Position numbers and translations under genes: made by a program. A DNA stretch of 64,000 nt, taken from contig OZ220089.1 of NCBI GenBank assembly GCA_964291625.2, positions 4,704,001 through 4,768,000 on the forward strand. The letters are read 5' to 3'. Below, piece by piece: positions 47,947 through 59,065 of this stretch (positions are counted from its first letter, which is position 1; the number at the start of each line of letters is the position of its first letter). This stretch comes from Candidatus Latescibacterota bacterium. GTDB lineage: Bacteria; Latescibacterota; UBA2968; UBA8231. The notes beneath the pieces are model-generated. The model saw only the letters and a list, made by a program, of their open reading frames with translations. It had not been told where the DNA came from and made no database searches.

Positions 47947-47979
47947 CTAACGGACCTCGCCGTCCAGCAGACGGCCGTA
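47947..47979 (-). pseudogene. Displaced original 3' end of miaB (YGRLLDGEVR*)
   Basis: Removing the IS and one GTA copy restores in-frame ...TSHTLYGRLLDGEVR-TAG. Confidence 0.8.
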
Positions 47980-48140
47980 GGAAGTGTACCCCGTCAACTG
48001 GACAGGAATTGGGCTTGTGCAAGCGAGCGTCTCGAGATGTGATGGAGCGGTACGGCGCCCCGGGGCCCGGATCGAAGCCCGGCCTCCCGGACTTGCACCC
48101 AGGCCGGGCCCCCGGGGCCGTGAGGAGAGCCCCCCCGCGC

Positions 48141-48968
48141 TCAGGCCGCCCGGTGGTAGACATCGCTGGGGGTCTCGTAGTCGAAGGCCTGGTGCGGCCG
48201 CTCGAGGTTGTAGAAGCGGAAGTAGGCCGCCACGCCCTCGATCAACTCGGGGACGGTGTCGTAGGCCTTCAGGTAGATGTCCTCGTACTTCAGGGAGCGC
48301 CACAGCCGCTCGATGAAGATGTTGTCCAGCACCCGGCCGCGGCCGTCCATGCTCACCCGCGCCCCGGCGGCCTCGACCCGCTCGGTGAAGGCGGTGCTGG
48401 TGAACTGGGCCCCCTGGTCGGTGTTGAAGATCTCCGGCCGCCCCTGGCTCAGAGCCTCCTCCAAAGCCTCCAGGCAGAAGGCCGCGTCGAGGGTGTTGGA
48501 GACCCGCCAAGCCAGCACGTAGCGGCTGAACCAGTCCATGACCGCCACCAGGTAGACGAAGCCGGAAGGCATCGGCAGATAGGTGATGTCGCTGCACCAC
48601 ACCTGGTCCGGCCGGTCCACGGTCATCCCTCGCAGCAGATACGGATAGACCCGGTGCTGAGGGTTGGGAGTGGTCGGTCGCGGGCGAGGATAGATCGCCT
48701 GCAGGCCCATGACCTTCATCAGGCGATGCACGCGCTTGAGATTGACCGGGTGCCCCTGCCGCCTCAGAGCCGCGCAGATCCGGCGCACGCCGTAGACCGG
48801 GCGCTTGGTGTAGATCCGGTCGATGACGTTCATCAGGTCGAGGGTGAGCGGGTCTGGCCCCTCCGGGTGGTAGTAGAAACTGGATCGGGCCAGCCCGAGC
48901 AGCTCGCACTGCCGGTGCACGCTCAGCTGGGCGTGGCGCGGCTCGATGAGAGCGCGGCGCTCAGCCAC
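48141..48968 (-). CDS. IS3 transposase OrfB (DDE integrase core)
   Basis: [32 protein letters not shown]. Confidence 0.95.
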   Translation of the reverse strand: MAERRALIEPRHAQLSVHRQCELLGLARSSFYYHPEGPDPLTLDLMNVIDRIYTKRPVYGVRRICAALRRQGHPVNLKRVHRLMKVMGLQAIYPRPRPTTPNPQHRVYPYLLRGMTVDRPDQVWCSDITYLPMPSGFVYLVAVMDWFSRYVLAWRVSNTLDAAFCLEALEEALSQGRPEIFNTDQGAQFTSTAFTERVEAAGARVSMDGRGRVLDNIFIERLWRSLKYEDIYLKAYDTVPELIEGVAAYFRFYNLERPHQAFDYETPSDVYHRAA

Positions 48969-49250
48969 CGACAGCCTCGTGTTTTTTTTGAAGCCACTCC
49001 AGCTCCATCTGCAGGCGACCGATCTGCTCGTAGAGCTCGGGCACCGAGGCGGCCTCCTCGTCCGGCCGCCGGCCCCCGGGGCCCTGGAAGGCCTCGGGCA
49101 ACCGCTCCAGCAACTGCTTCTTCCAGCCGTGGATCTGGCTGGGGTGGACGGAGAACTTGCGGGCCAGCTCGTTGACCGTCTGCCGCTCGCGCAGGGCCTC
49201 CAGAGCCACCTTGGCCTTAAACTGAGCCGAGTGCGTCTTGCGTTTCCTCG

Positions 49251-49254
<4 letters not shown>
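48961..49254 (-). CDS. IS3 transposase OrfA (HTH)
   Basis: [43 protein letters not shown]8 run at 48982-48989 is the candidate -1 frameshift site. Confidence 0.93.
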
Positions 49255-50716
<1,462 letters not shown>

Positions 50717-50720
<4 letters not shown>

Positions 50721-52069
50721 ACCAGCTCTCCGAAGGTCTCGCTCTCGCGGGCCCGGGTGAGGGCCACCTCGACGAAGGAGTTCGCCCGGACGGGGGTGCC
50801 GGCGGTCTCGAAGCGGACGCGGATGTAGTTGTCGGTGAGCCCGGAGGCCAGGCCGTCCCCGCCGGCATCCTCCACCAGGACGCGCACCCTGCGGCCGAGG
50901 TGGCGGCGGTGGAAGTCCAGCCGCTTGCCCTCGCCGAGGGCGATCAGCTCGCGCACCCGGCGGCTCTTCACCGGGCCGCTGCAGTGGCCGCCGAGGCGCT
51001 GCGCCGGCGTCTCCTGGCGCTCGGAGTAGGGGAAGACGTGCAGGTAGGTGACGGGCAGGCGCTCCAGGAGGCGGCGCGTAGAGGCGAAGTGTTCCTCGCC
51101 CTCCCCCGGGAAGCCGGCCATGACGTCGGCGCCGATGGCGCACCCGGGCAGCCGGTCGGCGATGCGGGTGATGCGCTCGGCGTAGCGCGCCGCCGTGCAG
51201 CGCCGGCCCATGCGCCGCAGCACGCGGTCGTCGCCGCTCTGCAGGGGCACGTGGAAGTGGCGGCAGACGCTCTCCGTGTCGGCGGCGATGTCGATGAGCC
51301 CGTCGCTCACGTACCCGGGCTCGATCGAGTTGAGGCGGATGCGCTCCAGCCCCTCGACGGCGGCGAGCTGCCGCACCAGGTCGGCGAAGTCGTCGGACTC
51401 GTCGGACTCGTCCAGATCGCGGCCGTAGGAGCCGGTGTGGACGCCGGTCAGGGCCAGCTCGCGGTAGCCGGCCTCGACCATCTTGCGGGCCTGGGCCAGG
51501 ACCTCGGCCGGCGGCCGGCTGGCCCCGGGGCCGCGGACGCTGGGGATGATGCAGAAGGTGCAGTGCTCGTCGCAGCCGTCCTGGATCTGCAGGGTGCCGC
51601 GGGTGCGGCCCTCGGCGACGGCGCCGTCGATCTGCAGGAAGCGCGTGGTGGGGGGCCGCCTTCCCGGGGCGGGGCCCGGCGCCGGGGCCTCCGGGGATCC
51701 CTGGTGGACGGCCGCCCCGGGGGGGCCGCCGAGGTGCTCCCGCACCCTGTCGACGAGACCGGCCTTGTCGGTGTTCGGGACCACCAGGCCGGCGCCGGCG
51801 CCGCGCAGCTCCTCGGGCCGGCGCTGGGCGTAGCAGCCGGTGGCCACCACCAGGGCCTCCGGGTTGCTCCGGCGGGCGCGGCGCACGGCGCGGCGCGAGT
51901 CGGCGTCGCCGGAGCCGGTGACCGTGCAGGTGTTGACCACGTACACGTCGGCCTCCTCGGCGAAGGGGACCACGCGCCAGCCGCTGCCGCCGAACCCGGC
52001 CTTGAGGGCCTCGGCCTCGTACTGGTTCAGCTTGCAGCCGAGATGATGGACGGCGACGCGCGGGGACAC
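50717..52069 (-). CDS. mtaB: tRNA t6A37 methylthiotransferase MtaB
   Basis: LGCKLNQYE, NTCTVT, IQDGCDEHCTFCIIP..RG, LTGVH.GSYG, HVFPYS.R. Confidence 0.92.
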
Positions 52070-52124
52070 CGGCGGAAGACCTTGTGGGAGAAGGAGTAGC
52101 AGAGAACCGCGAGAGCTGCCAGGG

Positions 52125-52153
52125 AAGGTACGCCGGAGGCCGGAGGGGCGCAA
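52125..52153 (-). promoter_or_regulatory. Putative sigma70 promoter for mtaB-miaB
   Basis: Minus strand TTGCGC-N17-TACCTT. Confidence 0.45.
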
Positions 52154-52163
52154 CGGCGAGGCT

Positions 52164-52192
52164 TTGACGGGGAGAGCGGGCGCCGGTAGCCT
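52164..52192 (+). promoter_or_regulatory. Putative sigma70 promoter for the DUF362 gene
   Basis: TTGACG-N17-TAGCCT. Confidence 0.55.
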
Positions 52193-52239
52193 ATGAGGGA
52201 AAGCTCTGCCGCCGGGAAACCCTATCGAAGGCATCGCTC

Positions 52240-54417
52240 ATGTCACGAGCCCCCCGCCCCCTGCCGCGCTGGACCCGCGCCGTCCTCACCGCCGCCGTCC
52301 TCGCCGCCCTCGTCGCCCTGGACCTGCGCTTCAACCTCGCCCGCACTCTGTTCGTCGGGCCCGCCGAATCGCAGGCCGCCTCCGAGGAGCCGCTGCAGGT
52401 GCAGGGGCTGCCGATCCTGCGCCCCGGCACCCTGACCCTGGGGGAGGGGAACCCGACGGTTGCGGTGGCGGCCTCCATCGACGCGGAGCTGGCCGACCCG
52501 GCCCCCATCGACCAGGACCTGAGCTACGCGCAGGTCGACGCCATCGTCCGCCGGGCTCTCGACCTCGACCGCTCCGGCGCCTCGATCCGCGACGTCATCG
52601 AGCCCGGCGACGAGGTGCTCGTCAAGGTGAACTCGGTGACCAACCGCGGGCGCCTCGACCAGAAACAGAGCGGCACCGGGTACTTTCACGCCGGCTTCGA
52701 GCACCCCGGGCAGATCACGGACCTGCGGGTCGTCAAGAGCCTCATCGCCTACCTCATCGAGCACGTCGGCCCGCGGCGCATCCTCATCGCCGAGGGCGGG
52801 GCCGAGTCCCCCCGCCGCGGCGAGCCCGGGTTCCCGTCGGGCCTGGAGGACGACTCCTGGTCGGTGACCTACCCCGAGTTCGACGGCCTCTCCTACGTGG
52901 GCATCGTCGAGGAGTTCCGGGCCCTGGGCGTGGAGACCGCGGTCGACACCTCCGACCTCAACTACGCGCCGTACCGGCGCCAGCCGGTCCCCGGAGGCGC
53001 CCTGCAGCGTCTCGGGGTCACCCGCCTGAGGTACCCCGGCGCCCAGTTCGGCTTCCACGTGGAGGGCACCGGCTCCTTCCGCGCCGACGGCTACTACATG
53101 CCCGAGCCGATCCTCGACGCCGACAAGGTGATCTCCGTGCCGGCCATGAAGACGACGATCTACGGCACCACCCTGGCGCTGAAGAACTACGTCGGCACCC
53201 TGGCCTCGGCCGCCTACGGCGACGGCACCTCCAAGCGCGAGCACTACCAGAACAACCCCGAGCACGGCTACGTCGACCTCTTCGCCTACAACCCGCCCGT
53301 CTACTCGGTGATCGAGGGGTTCTGGGGCACCGAGGGCCACGGGCCCCAGTGGGGGCACAACGTGCAGCACAACGTCGTCGTCGCCGGCTCCGACCCGCTG
53401 GCCGCGGAGGCGATCGCCAACGTCACCATGGGCTTCGACGCCCTCGACCTGGAGGCCCTCTACCTGGCGGCGGCCAAGGGCTACGGCACCATCGATCGGC
53501 GGCGGATCCGGGTCGTCGGGCGCGAGCCCGAGAGCGTGCGGCGCGACTTCGTCAAGTCGGGGGGCGGCTCGGGGCAGGGGTTCTTCTACGGCCGCGGCAT
53601 CCGCCGCTGGCTGGCGGCCGGCCCCTTCGAGGGCCGCGACGTGGACGAGGCCCACCTGCCGGGCGAGGCCGACCTGCGGCCCCTGGAGGGCGAGACCGCC
53701 GGCGCCGGCAGCTGGGTCCGCGCCGAGCACCTCGGGTACAGCGCCGAGATCCTCGACCTCGGCGAGATCGCCGGCGGCGAGGGCAACTCGACGAGCTACG
53801 CCTTCACCCTCGTCCACTCGCCCGGCGATCAGGAGGGCTTCCTGTGGCTGGGCTTCCAGGAGCATCTGAAGGTCTGGCTCAACGGCGAGGAGGTCTTCTC
53901 GCGGACCTCGCCCGCCTCCTTCGCCCTGGCGGCGGAGAAGGTCCCGGTGCGGCTGCGGGCCGGGGAGAACCGCCTGCTCTTCAAGGCGGCCAGCTACTCG
54001 GGCGAGACGAGGCTCGCCGCCCACGTGGTCGACGAGGACGGCGACCGGCTTCCCGGCATCCGCTTCGCGCTGCCGGGGGAGATGCCCACGGCCGTGGCCG
54101 CAACGGAGGCCGGGGCGGTCCCCGGGAGCCACGCCCTGCTGGGCAACTACCCGAACCCCTTCAACGCCTCCACCCACCTGCGCTTCGCCCTGGCCGCCGA
54201 GGCCGACGTGCGCATCGCCGTGCACAACCTGGCGGGGCAGCGGATACGCCAGCTCGTGGAAGGGCCGGCGCCGGCCGGGGTCCACGAGGTGGTCTGGGAC
54301 GGCCGCGACGACGGCGGCGCCAGCGCCGCCAGCGGGGTCTACGTGGCGGTGATGGAAGCCCGCGGCAGCGGCGGGTCCGCCTTCCGGCAGAGCCGGTCGA
54401 TGGCGCTGCTGCGGTAG
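52240..54417 (+). CDS. Exported DUF362-domain protein with a jelly-roll domain and a C-terminal NYPNPFN/FlgD Ig-like domain
   Basis: GDEVLVKVN, IAEG, ISVPAMKT, TLALKN..G, AGSDPLA, VWLNG...GENRLL.K, NYPNPFN...WDGRDD.G..AASGVY. Confidence 0.8.
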   Translation: MSRAPRPLPRWTRAVLTAAVLAALVALDLRFNLARTLFVGPAESQAASEEPLQVQGLPILRPGTLTLGEGNPTVAVAASIDAELADPAPIDQDLSYAQVDAIVRRALDLDRSGASIRDVIEPGDEVLVKVNSVTNRGRLDQKQSGTGYFHAGFEHPGQITDLRVVKSLIAYLIEHVGPRRILIAEGGAESPRRGEPGFPSGLEDDSWSVTYPEFDGLSYVGIVEEFRALGVETAVDTSDLNYAPYRRQPVPGGALQRLGVTRLRYPGAQFGFHVEGTGSFRADGYYMPEPILDADKVISVPAMKTTIYGTTLALKNYVGTLASAAYGDGTSKREHYQNNPEHGYVDLFAYNPPVYSVIEGFWGTEGHGPQWGHNVQHNVVVAGSDPLAAEAIANVTMGFDALDLEALYLAAAKGYGTIDRRRIRVVGREPESVRRDFVKSGGGSGQGFFYGRGIRRWLAAGPFEGRDVDEAHLPGEADLRPLEGETAGAGSWVRAEHLGYSAEILDLGEIAGGEGNSTSYAFTLVHSPGDQEGFLWLGFQEHLKVWLNGEEVFSRTSPASFALAAEKVPVRLRAGENRLLFKAASYSGETRLAAHVVDEDGDRLPGIRFALPGEMPTAVAATEAGAVPGSHALLGNYPNPFNASTHLRFALAAEADVRIAVHNLAGQRIRQLVEGPAPAGVHEVVWDGRDDGGASAASGVYVAVMEARGSGGSAFRQSRSMALLR

Positions 54418-54674
54418 AGCGGGCCTGCGCCAGAGCCTTCAGCCGGCCCCTGCTTGATCTCCGAAGGCCGGTCGCAATGGAGTCTTGGCCGACCGGCTCG
54501 CCGCCCACGCTGGCGGGGCCAGCTCGGAGTCGGCATAGCCGCCCGTAGGTCGGAGGTTCGCGGACGGATGTAGCTGGCGAGGATCTCCAAGTCGAGCCGC
54601 CTGCTAGTTCATCCTCAAGCTCTCCTGCCGCCCTCGAGACAATACCAAAGTCCGGGGAAGAAGAGTGTCTCGGT

Positions 54675-55358
54675 CTATAGCAATTGGCACGTAGGGTGCG
54701 GAACCGTCCGGATCAATCGGATGAATCGCTCTCTTCCTGAAAGCTCCTCAGTTCCCGATTTACGGTTCCACCAAGGGCTACTAGCATGCTGAGTCGCTCC
54801 TACCTTGACGTCTTGTTGGGCGATTGATTCCTGAAATACCCGTGCAGCTTTCATGCTGATGAAAAAGGCATGTCCGGGACTGAGTATTTCCATGACTTGT
54901 CGAATCACTTCGCCTGATTCTACGATGTCCAGATCTGTTTCCCCTATGCTCTCTCCTGTAGTAGCTGGGCGTTGAAACGCGTTCATGAAACAGTACCTCT
55001 GCATTATTGAGCAATCGTACTCCTGCCCCGTTGCGTCGCACAACGCCTGTACTATGTTTGGTAGAAAAGGGGCCTTCCCCCCTCTCACATGAGAATCAAC
55101 TATTGCTCTGGTATCTGTCCAACCCTTTTCACAACTATTGAGACGATTGGCATCCCCTTCGTACCACTGCGTAGCGTCAAGGTGAATGGTACTCTTCTCG
55201 GGGAGATAGTGACTCTCACCCAATAGAAGTATGCCCCCCCTTCGGTAGTTCTTACCGACGAACGGCATCATTTGACGATATCGCCGGTAATGCTCAATTT
55301 TCCGAAATCCCTTATCGTAACTGTTTGTGTAGTAGTAGGTGTTGTTTTCTTCGCTCAC
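54675..55358 (-). CDS. Low-GC hypothetical protein, uracil-DNA glycosylase superfamily-like
   Basis: PFVGKNY...ILLLGESHY, F.N..Q, L.P...F, HASS. AAGGAG RBS before GTG. Confidence 0.6.
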   Translation of the reverse strand: MSEENNTYYYTNSYDKGFRKIEHYRRYRQMMPFVGKNYRRGGILLLGESHYLPEKSTIHLDATQWYEGDANRLNSCEKGWTDTRAIVDSHVRGGKAPFLPNIVQALCDATGQEYDCSIMQRYCFMNAFQRPATTGESIGETDLDIVESGEVIRQVMEILSPGHAFFISMKAARVFQESIAQQDVKVGATQHASSPWWNRKSGTEELSGRERFIRLIRTVPHPTCQLL

Positions 55359-55410
55359 TTCACTCTCCTTACGAATCTACGGGCTCAATGCATAGTGCAA
55401 GAGCGGGGCG

Positions 55411-57714
55411 CTAGGCCGGCTGCAGCCCGGCGTAGGCGGCCATGACCCGCTTGGTGGTGCCGCCGAAGCGGATCGACAGCTTGGTCTTCTCGCCCTGGCC
55501 CTCGCGCTCGACGATCCTCCCGCGGCCCCAATCGGGATGGACGACCCAGCGGCCCACGGCCAGGGGGTCGCCGTCGGCGTCGAACTCCTCCCCGGCGGGG
55601 GAGTCCTCGTCCGGCACGTAGTGAACGCCCTTCGGCTTCGGGTCGGCGGCGGGGCGCTGACGCGCCGGCGGCGGCGGCGCCTCGGACCGCTGGCGCTTGC
55701 GGCGGCCGGCGCCGGGGGGGGATCCCCAGGCGAGCTGGGCCTCGACCTCCTCCTGCTCCACCAGTTCCTCGGGGATCTCGGCGAGGAACCGCGAAGGCAG
55801 CATCTCCCGCGCCTGGCCGAAGAGGTAGCGCCAGCGCGCCCAGGTGAGCAGCAGGTGCCGGCGGGCCCGGGTGATGCCCACGTAGCACAGCCGCCGCTCC
55901 TCCTCGATGGCGCCGGCGTCGGTGCGCGAGGCCTCGATGGCGCGCATCGTCGGGAACAGTTCCTCCTCGAGGCCGCAGATGGCGATCACCGGGTACTCCA
56001 GACCCTTGGCGCCGTGGAGGGTCATCAGCGTCAGGGTGCCCTGGTCGCCGGCGGCCAGACCGGCCTCGTCCTCGGAGGTCATGAGGGCGACCTGCTCCAG
56101 GAACTCGCTCAGACCGGCCTCCTCGTCCTCGTGCTCGGCGGCGAACTCGGCCATGCCGTTGACGAGCTCGTCGAGGTTCTCCCGGCGGGCCTGGGCGTCG
56201 GGCGTGTCCTGCGCCTCCAGGGCGTCGAGGTAGCCGGTGCGCTCCATGACCTCCCGGGCCAGCTCCGGGAGGGTGAGACCGCCGCCGCCGGCGGCCTGGG
56301 CCAGGGACTCCATCACCGCGGCGAACTCCTGCACCGCCCTGGCCGACCGCCCCCCGAGACCGGGGACCTCCGCGGCGTGGAGGGCGGCCTGGATGAGGTT
56401 GGTGTGGCTGCTGGCGGCGTGGGCGGCCAGCCGCTCCACCGTGCGGTCGCCGATGCCGCGCCGGGGCGTGTTGATCACCCGCAGCAGGCTGATGTCGTCG
56501 GCCGGGTTCACCAGCAGCCGCAGGTAGGCGAGGACGTCCTTCACCTCCCGGCGCTCGTAGAACCGGATGCCGCCCACCAGGACATAGGGGATCCCCCGGC
56601 GGCGCAGCTCCTCCTCGAGGACGCGGGACTGGGCGTTGGCGCGGTAGAGGATCGCCGCGTCGGAGAGGGTCAGCCCCTCCTCGCGGCAGCGGCCGCCCAC
56701 GGCTTCGACGAGGTGGCGCGCTTCGGCGCGGTCGTCGCCGCACTCGGCCAGCCGGATCGCCGGCCCCTCCTCGCCCCGGGTCCACAGGCTCTTGCCCTTG
56801 CGCGCCAGGTTGTGGCCGATGACGGCGTTGGCGGCGGCCAGGATGCGGCTGGTGGAGCGGTAGTTCTGCTCCAGGCGCACGACCACGGCCTCGGGGTAGT
56901 CCGCCTCGAAGTCGAGGATGTTGCGGATGTCGGCGCCGCGGAACTGGTAGATCGACTGGTCGTCGTCGCCGACGACGCAGAGGTTGCGGTGCTCGGCGGC
57001 CAGCAGCCGGGTGAGCAGGTACTGGGGGCGGTTGGTGTCCTGGTACTCGTCGACGAGGATGTGCCGCCAGCGCTCCCGCCACTTCTCCAGGACCTCCTCG
57101 TGGCGCTGCAGCCGGCGCACCGGCTCGACGATGAGGTCGTCGAAGTCGAAGGCGTTGTTGGCCCGCAGCCCCTCTTCGTACGCGGAGTAGACCTCGGCCA
57201 GGCGCCGCCGGCGCGGGTTGCCGTCGGCCCCGCGGGTGAACTCCTCGACGCCGATCATGGCGTTCTTGGCGCGGCTGATCTCGCCGTGGACCTGCCGTGG
57301 GGGGAAGTCCTGCTCGGCCAGGTCGAGGCCGTCGAGGACGCGGCGCACGAGGGTGCGGGAGTCCTCGGCGTCGTAGATGGTGAAGTCGCCGTGGAGGCCG
57401 AAGGCGTCGGCCTCGTAGCGCAGCAGGCGCGCGCAGATCGAATGGAAGGTGCCGATCCACAGCCTGCCCGCGCAGTCCTGGCCCACCAGGCGCTCGATGC
57501 GTTCCCGCATCTCGCCGGCGGCCTTGTTGGTGAAGGTGACGGCGAGGATGTGCCAGGGCGCCACCCCGGCCTCGTCGACGAGGTGGGCGATGCGGTGGGT
57601 GAGGACCCGGGTCTTGCCCGAGCCGGCGCCGGCCAGCACCAGCAGCGGGCCCGAGGTCTTCTCGACGGCGCGGCGCTGTTCCGGGTTGAGCCCGGCGAGG
57701 TGGCCGGCCTCCAT
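55411..57714 (-). CDS. pcrA: ATP-dependent DNA helicase PcrA/UvrD
   Basis: LNPEQ, AGAGSGKT, DEYQD, VGDDDQSIY.FRGA, LEQNYRST, TLHGAKGLE, EERRL.YVGITRA, C-terminal Tudor-like domain. Confidence 0.96.
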   Translation of the reverse strand: MEAGHLAGLNPEQRRAVEKTSGPLLVLAGAGSGKTRVLTHRIAHLVDEAGVAPWHILAVTFTNKAAGEMRERIERLVGQDCAGRLWIGTFHSICARLLRYEADAFGLHGDFTIYDAEDSRTLVRRVLDGLDLAEQDFPPRQVHGEISRAKNAMIGVEEFTRGADGNPRRRRLAEVYSAYEEGLRANNAFDFDDLIVEPVRRLQRHEEVLEKWRERWRHILVDEYQDTNRPQYLLTRLLAAEHRNLCVVGDDDQSIYQFRGADIRNILDFEADYPEAVVVRLEQNYRSTSRILAAANAVIGHNLARKGKSLWTRGEEGPAIRLAECGDDRAEARHLVEAVGGRCREEGLTLSDAAILYRANAQSRVLEEELRRRGIPYVLVGGIRFYERREVKDVLAYLRLLVNPADDISLLRVINTPRRGIGDRTVERLAAHAASSHTNLIQAALHAAEVPGLGGRSARAVQEFAAVMESLAQAAGGGGLTLPELAREVMERTGYLDALEAQDTPDAQARRENLDELVNGMAEFAAEHEDEEAGLSEFLEQVALMTSEDEAGLAAGDQGTLTLMTLHGAKGLEYPVIAICGLEEELFPTMRAIEASRTDAGAIEEERRLCYVGITRARRHLLLTWARWRYLFGQAREMLPSRFLAEIPEELVEQEEVEAQLAWGSPPGAGRRKRQRSEAPPPPARQRPAADPKPKGVHYVPDEDSPAGEEFDADGDPLAVGRWVVHPDWGRGRIVEREGQGEKTKLSIRFGGTTKRVMAAYAGLQPA

Positions 57715-58757
57715 CAGTTGAGCCCCGCAGCCCCGGCGGCGCGGGCGGCGGCGCGCGCCTGGCGCCGGATCTGGCGCTTGGCGGCCTCGTGCTCGCGGTT
57801 GGTGCGGCTGAACTCGTGGGTGCCGTCGCCGCGGGCCACGAAGAAGAAGTACTCGGTCTCGGGCGGGTGCAGGGCCGCCTCGAGGGAGGCGCGACCGGGG
57901 CTGCAGATCGGCCCCGGCGGCAGGCCGGCGTGGCGGTAGGTGTTGTAGGGGGAGACGACCTCCAGGTCCTCGTTGGTGAGGGGCTCCCGCTTCTGCACCC
58001 CGAGGGCGAACTCGACGGTGGCGCACGACTCGAGGCGGCGGTCGAGGTTCAGGCGGCGGTGGAAGATGGCGGCGATGACGGGCCGCTCCTCGGCGGCCAT
58101 GGCCTCGCCCTCGACGATGGAGGCCAGGGTGACGGCCTCGTGCAGGGAGACGCCCAGCTCCGGCAGTCGCGCCGCCAGGGAGTCGTCGAAGACGCGGAAG
58201 AACTCGGCCACCATGTGGCGGACGATCTCCTCCTCGTCGGCGTCCGGCGGCAGGAAGTAGGTCTCGGGGAAGAGGTAGCCCTCCAGGGTCCCGGCCTCGA
58301 CGCCGAGTTCCGAGAGCAGCCGCAGGGACTCGGTGGCGGCCACGAAGCGCGCCGAGTCGGCCAGGCCCGCCGCCCGCAGCCGCCCCGCCGTCTGGTGGCG
58401 CGTGAGCCCCTCGGGGATCGTGACCCGCACCATCTCCAGCGGGGCTTCGAGCAAGTCGTCGAGGAGCTGGCTCGGCGAGCGCGAGCCGTCGAGGCGGTAG
58501 CGCCCCGCCTCCAGGCGGTTGGCCAGCCCCCGCCAGCGCGCCGCGGCCTCGAAGTACCGGGCGCTGCGCACGAGCCCGAGGGCCTCGAGGCGGACGCCGA
58601 TGGCGCGGGCGCTCATGCCCTCGTCGATGGAGACGGCCAGCGCCGGGCCCCCCGTGGGCTGGCCCAGGTACCACAGGAGGGCCGCGCCAGCGCCGGCCCC
58701 GGCGGCGGCGAGGACCGCGGCCAGTGCGAGCCAGCGTCGGATGGAGGGAAGGGGCAA
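57714..58757 (-). CDS. mltG: Endolytic transglycosylase MltG
   Basis: N-terminal TM helix, VTIPEG, LEGYLFPETY, LASIVE.E, SPYNTY...GLPPGPI.SPG. Confidence 0.95.
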   Translation of the reverse strand: MPLPSIRRWLALAAVLAAAGAGAGAALLWYLGQPTGGPALAVSIDEGMSARAIGVRLEALGLVRSARYFEAAARWRGLANRLEAGRYRLDGSRSPSQLLDDLLEAPLEMVRVTIPEGLTRHQTAGRLRAAGLADSARFVAATESLRLLSELGVEAGTLEGYLFPETYFLPPDADEEEIVRHMVAEFFRVFDDSLAARLPELGVSLHEAVTLASIVEGEAMAAEERPVIAAIFHRRLNLDRRLESCATVEFALGVQKREPLTNEDLEVVSPYNTYRHAGLPPGPICSPGRASLEAALHPPETEYFFFVARGDGTHEFSRTNREHEAAKRQIRRQARAAARAAGAAGLN

Positions 58758-58879
58758 GAGGATCGGCGGTCCCGGCGAGTCGGTGGAGGCCGGGGGTCCC
58801 TGCCGGTCCCGCGGCCGTCGAGGACGGGTCGGTCGAAGAAGCGGATCGTGCGTGAGCCCGGGGAGGACGCTCGGCGGGG

Positions 58880-58908
58880 ATTCTACCCGGGGTCCCCCGG
58901 AATGTCAA
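58880..58908 (-). promoter_or_regulatory. Near-consensus sigma70 promoter for mltG-pcrA
   Basis: Minus strand TTGACA-N17-TAGAAT. Confidence 0.75.
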
Positions 58909-59065
58909 GCAGGTCCCGGAGCCCTGCCGGCGGGCCCGGAGAGACCGCTGCTCGACCTCTCGGCCGCGGCCCTTCCGAGCCGGTCCTCTTGCCCGGGGTC
59001 ACCCCATCCGCCTGAGTTCTGCGCCCGGGTCCGCCATACCCGCCACGTCCCGGTCAGGCCCGCCG

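Noticed and set aside
47945-47951. GTTAGGC (GTTRRRY) on the minus strand at the island's right junction, suggesting an integron cassette
   Set aside because: It overlaps the native miaB stop. No matching RYYYAAC/attC hairpin or integrase was found, and a 7-mer like this arises by chance.
54685-54699. sigma54-like TGGCACGTAGGGTGC
   Set aside because: Imperfect -12 box, antisense within a CDS, with no downstream gene on that strand.
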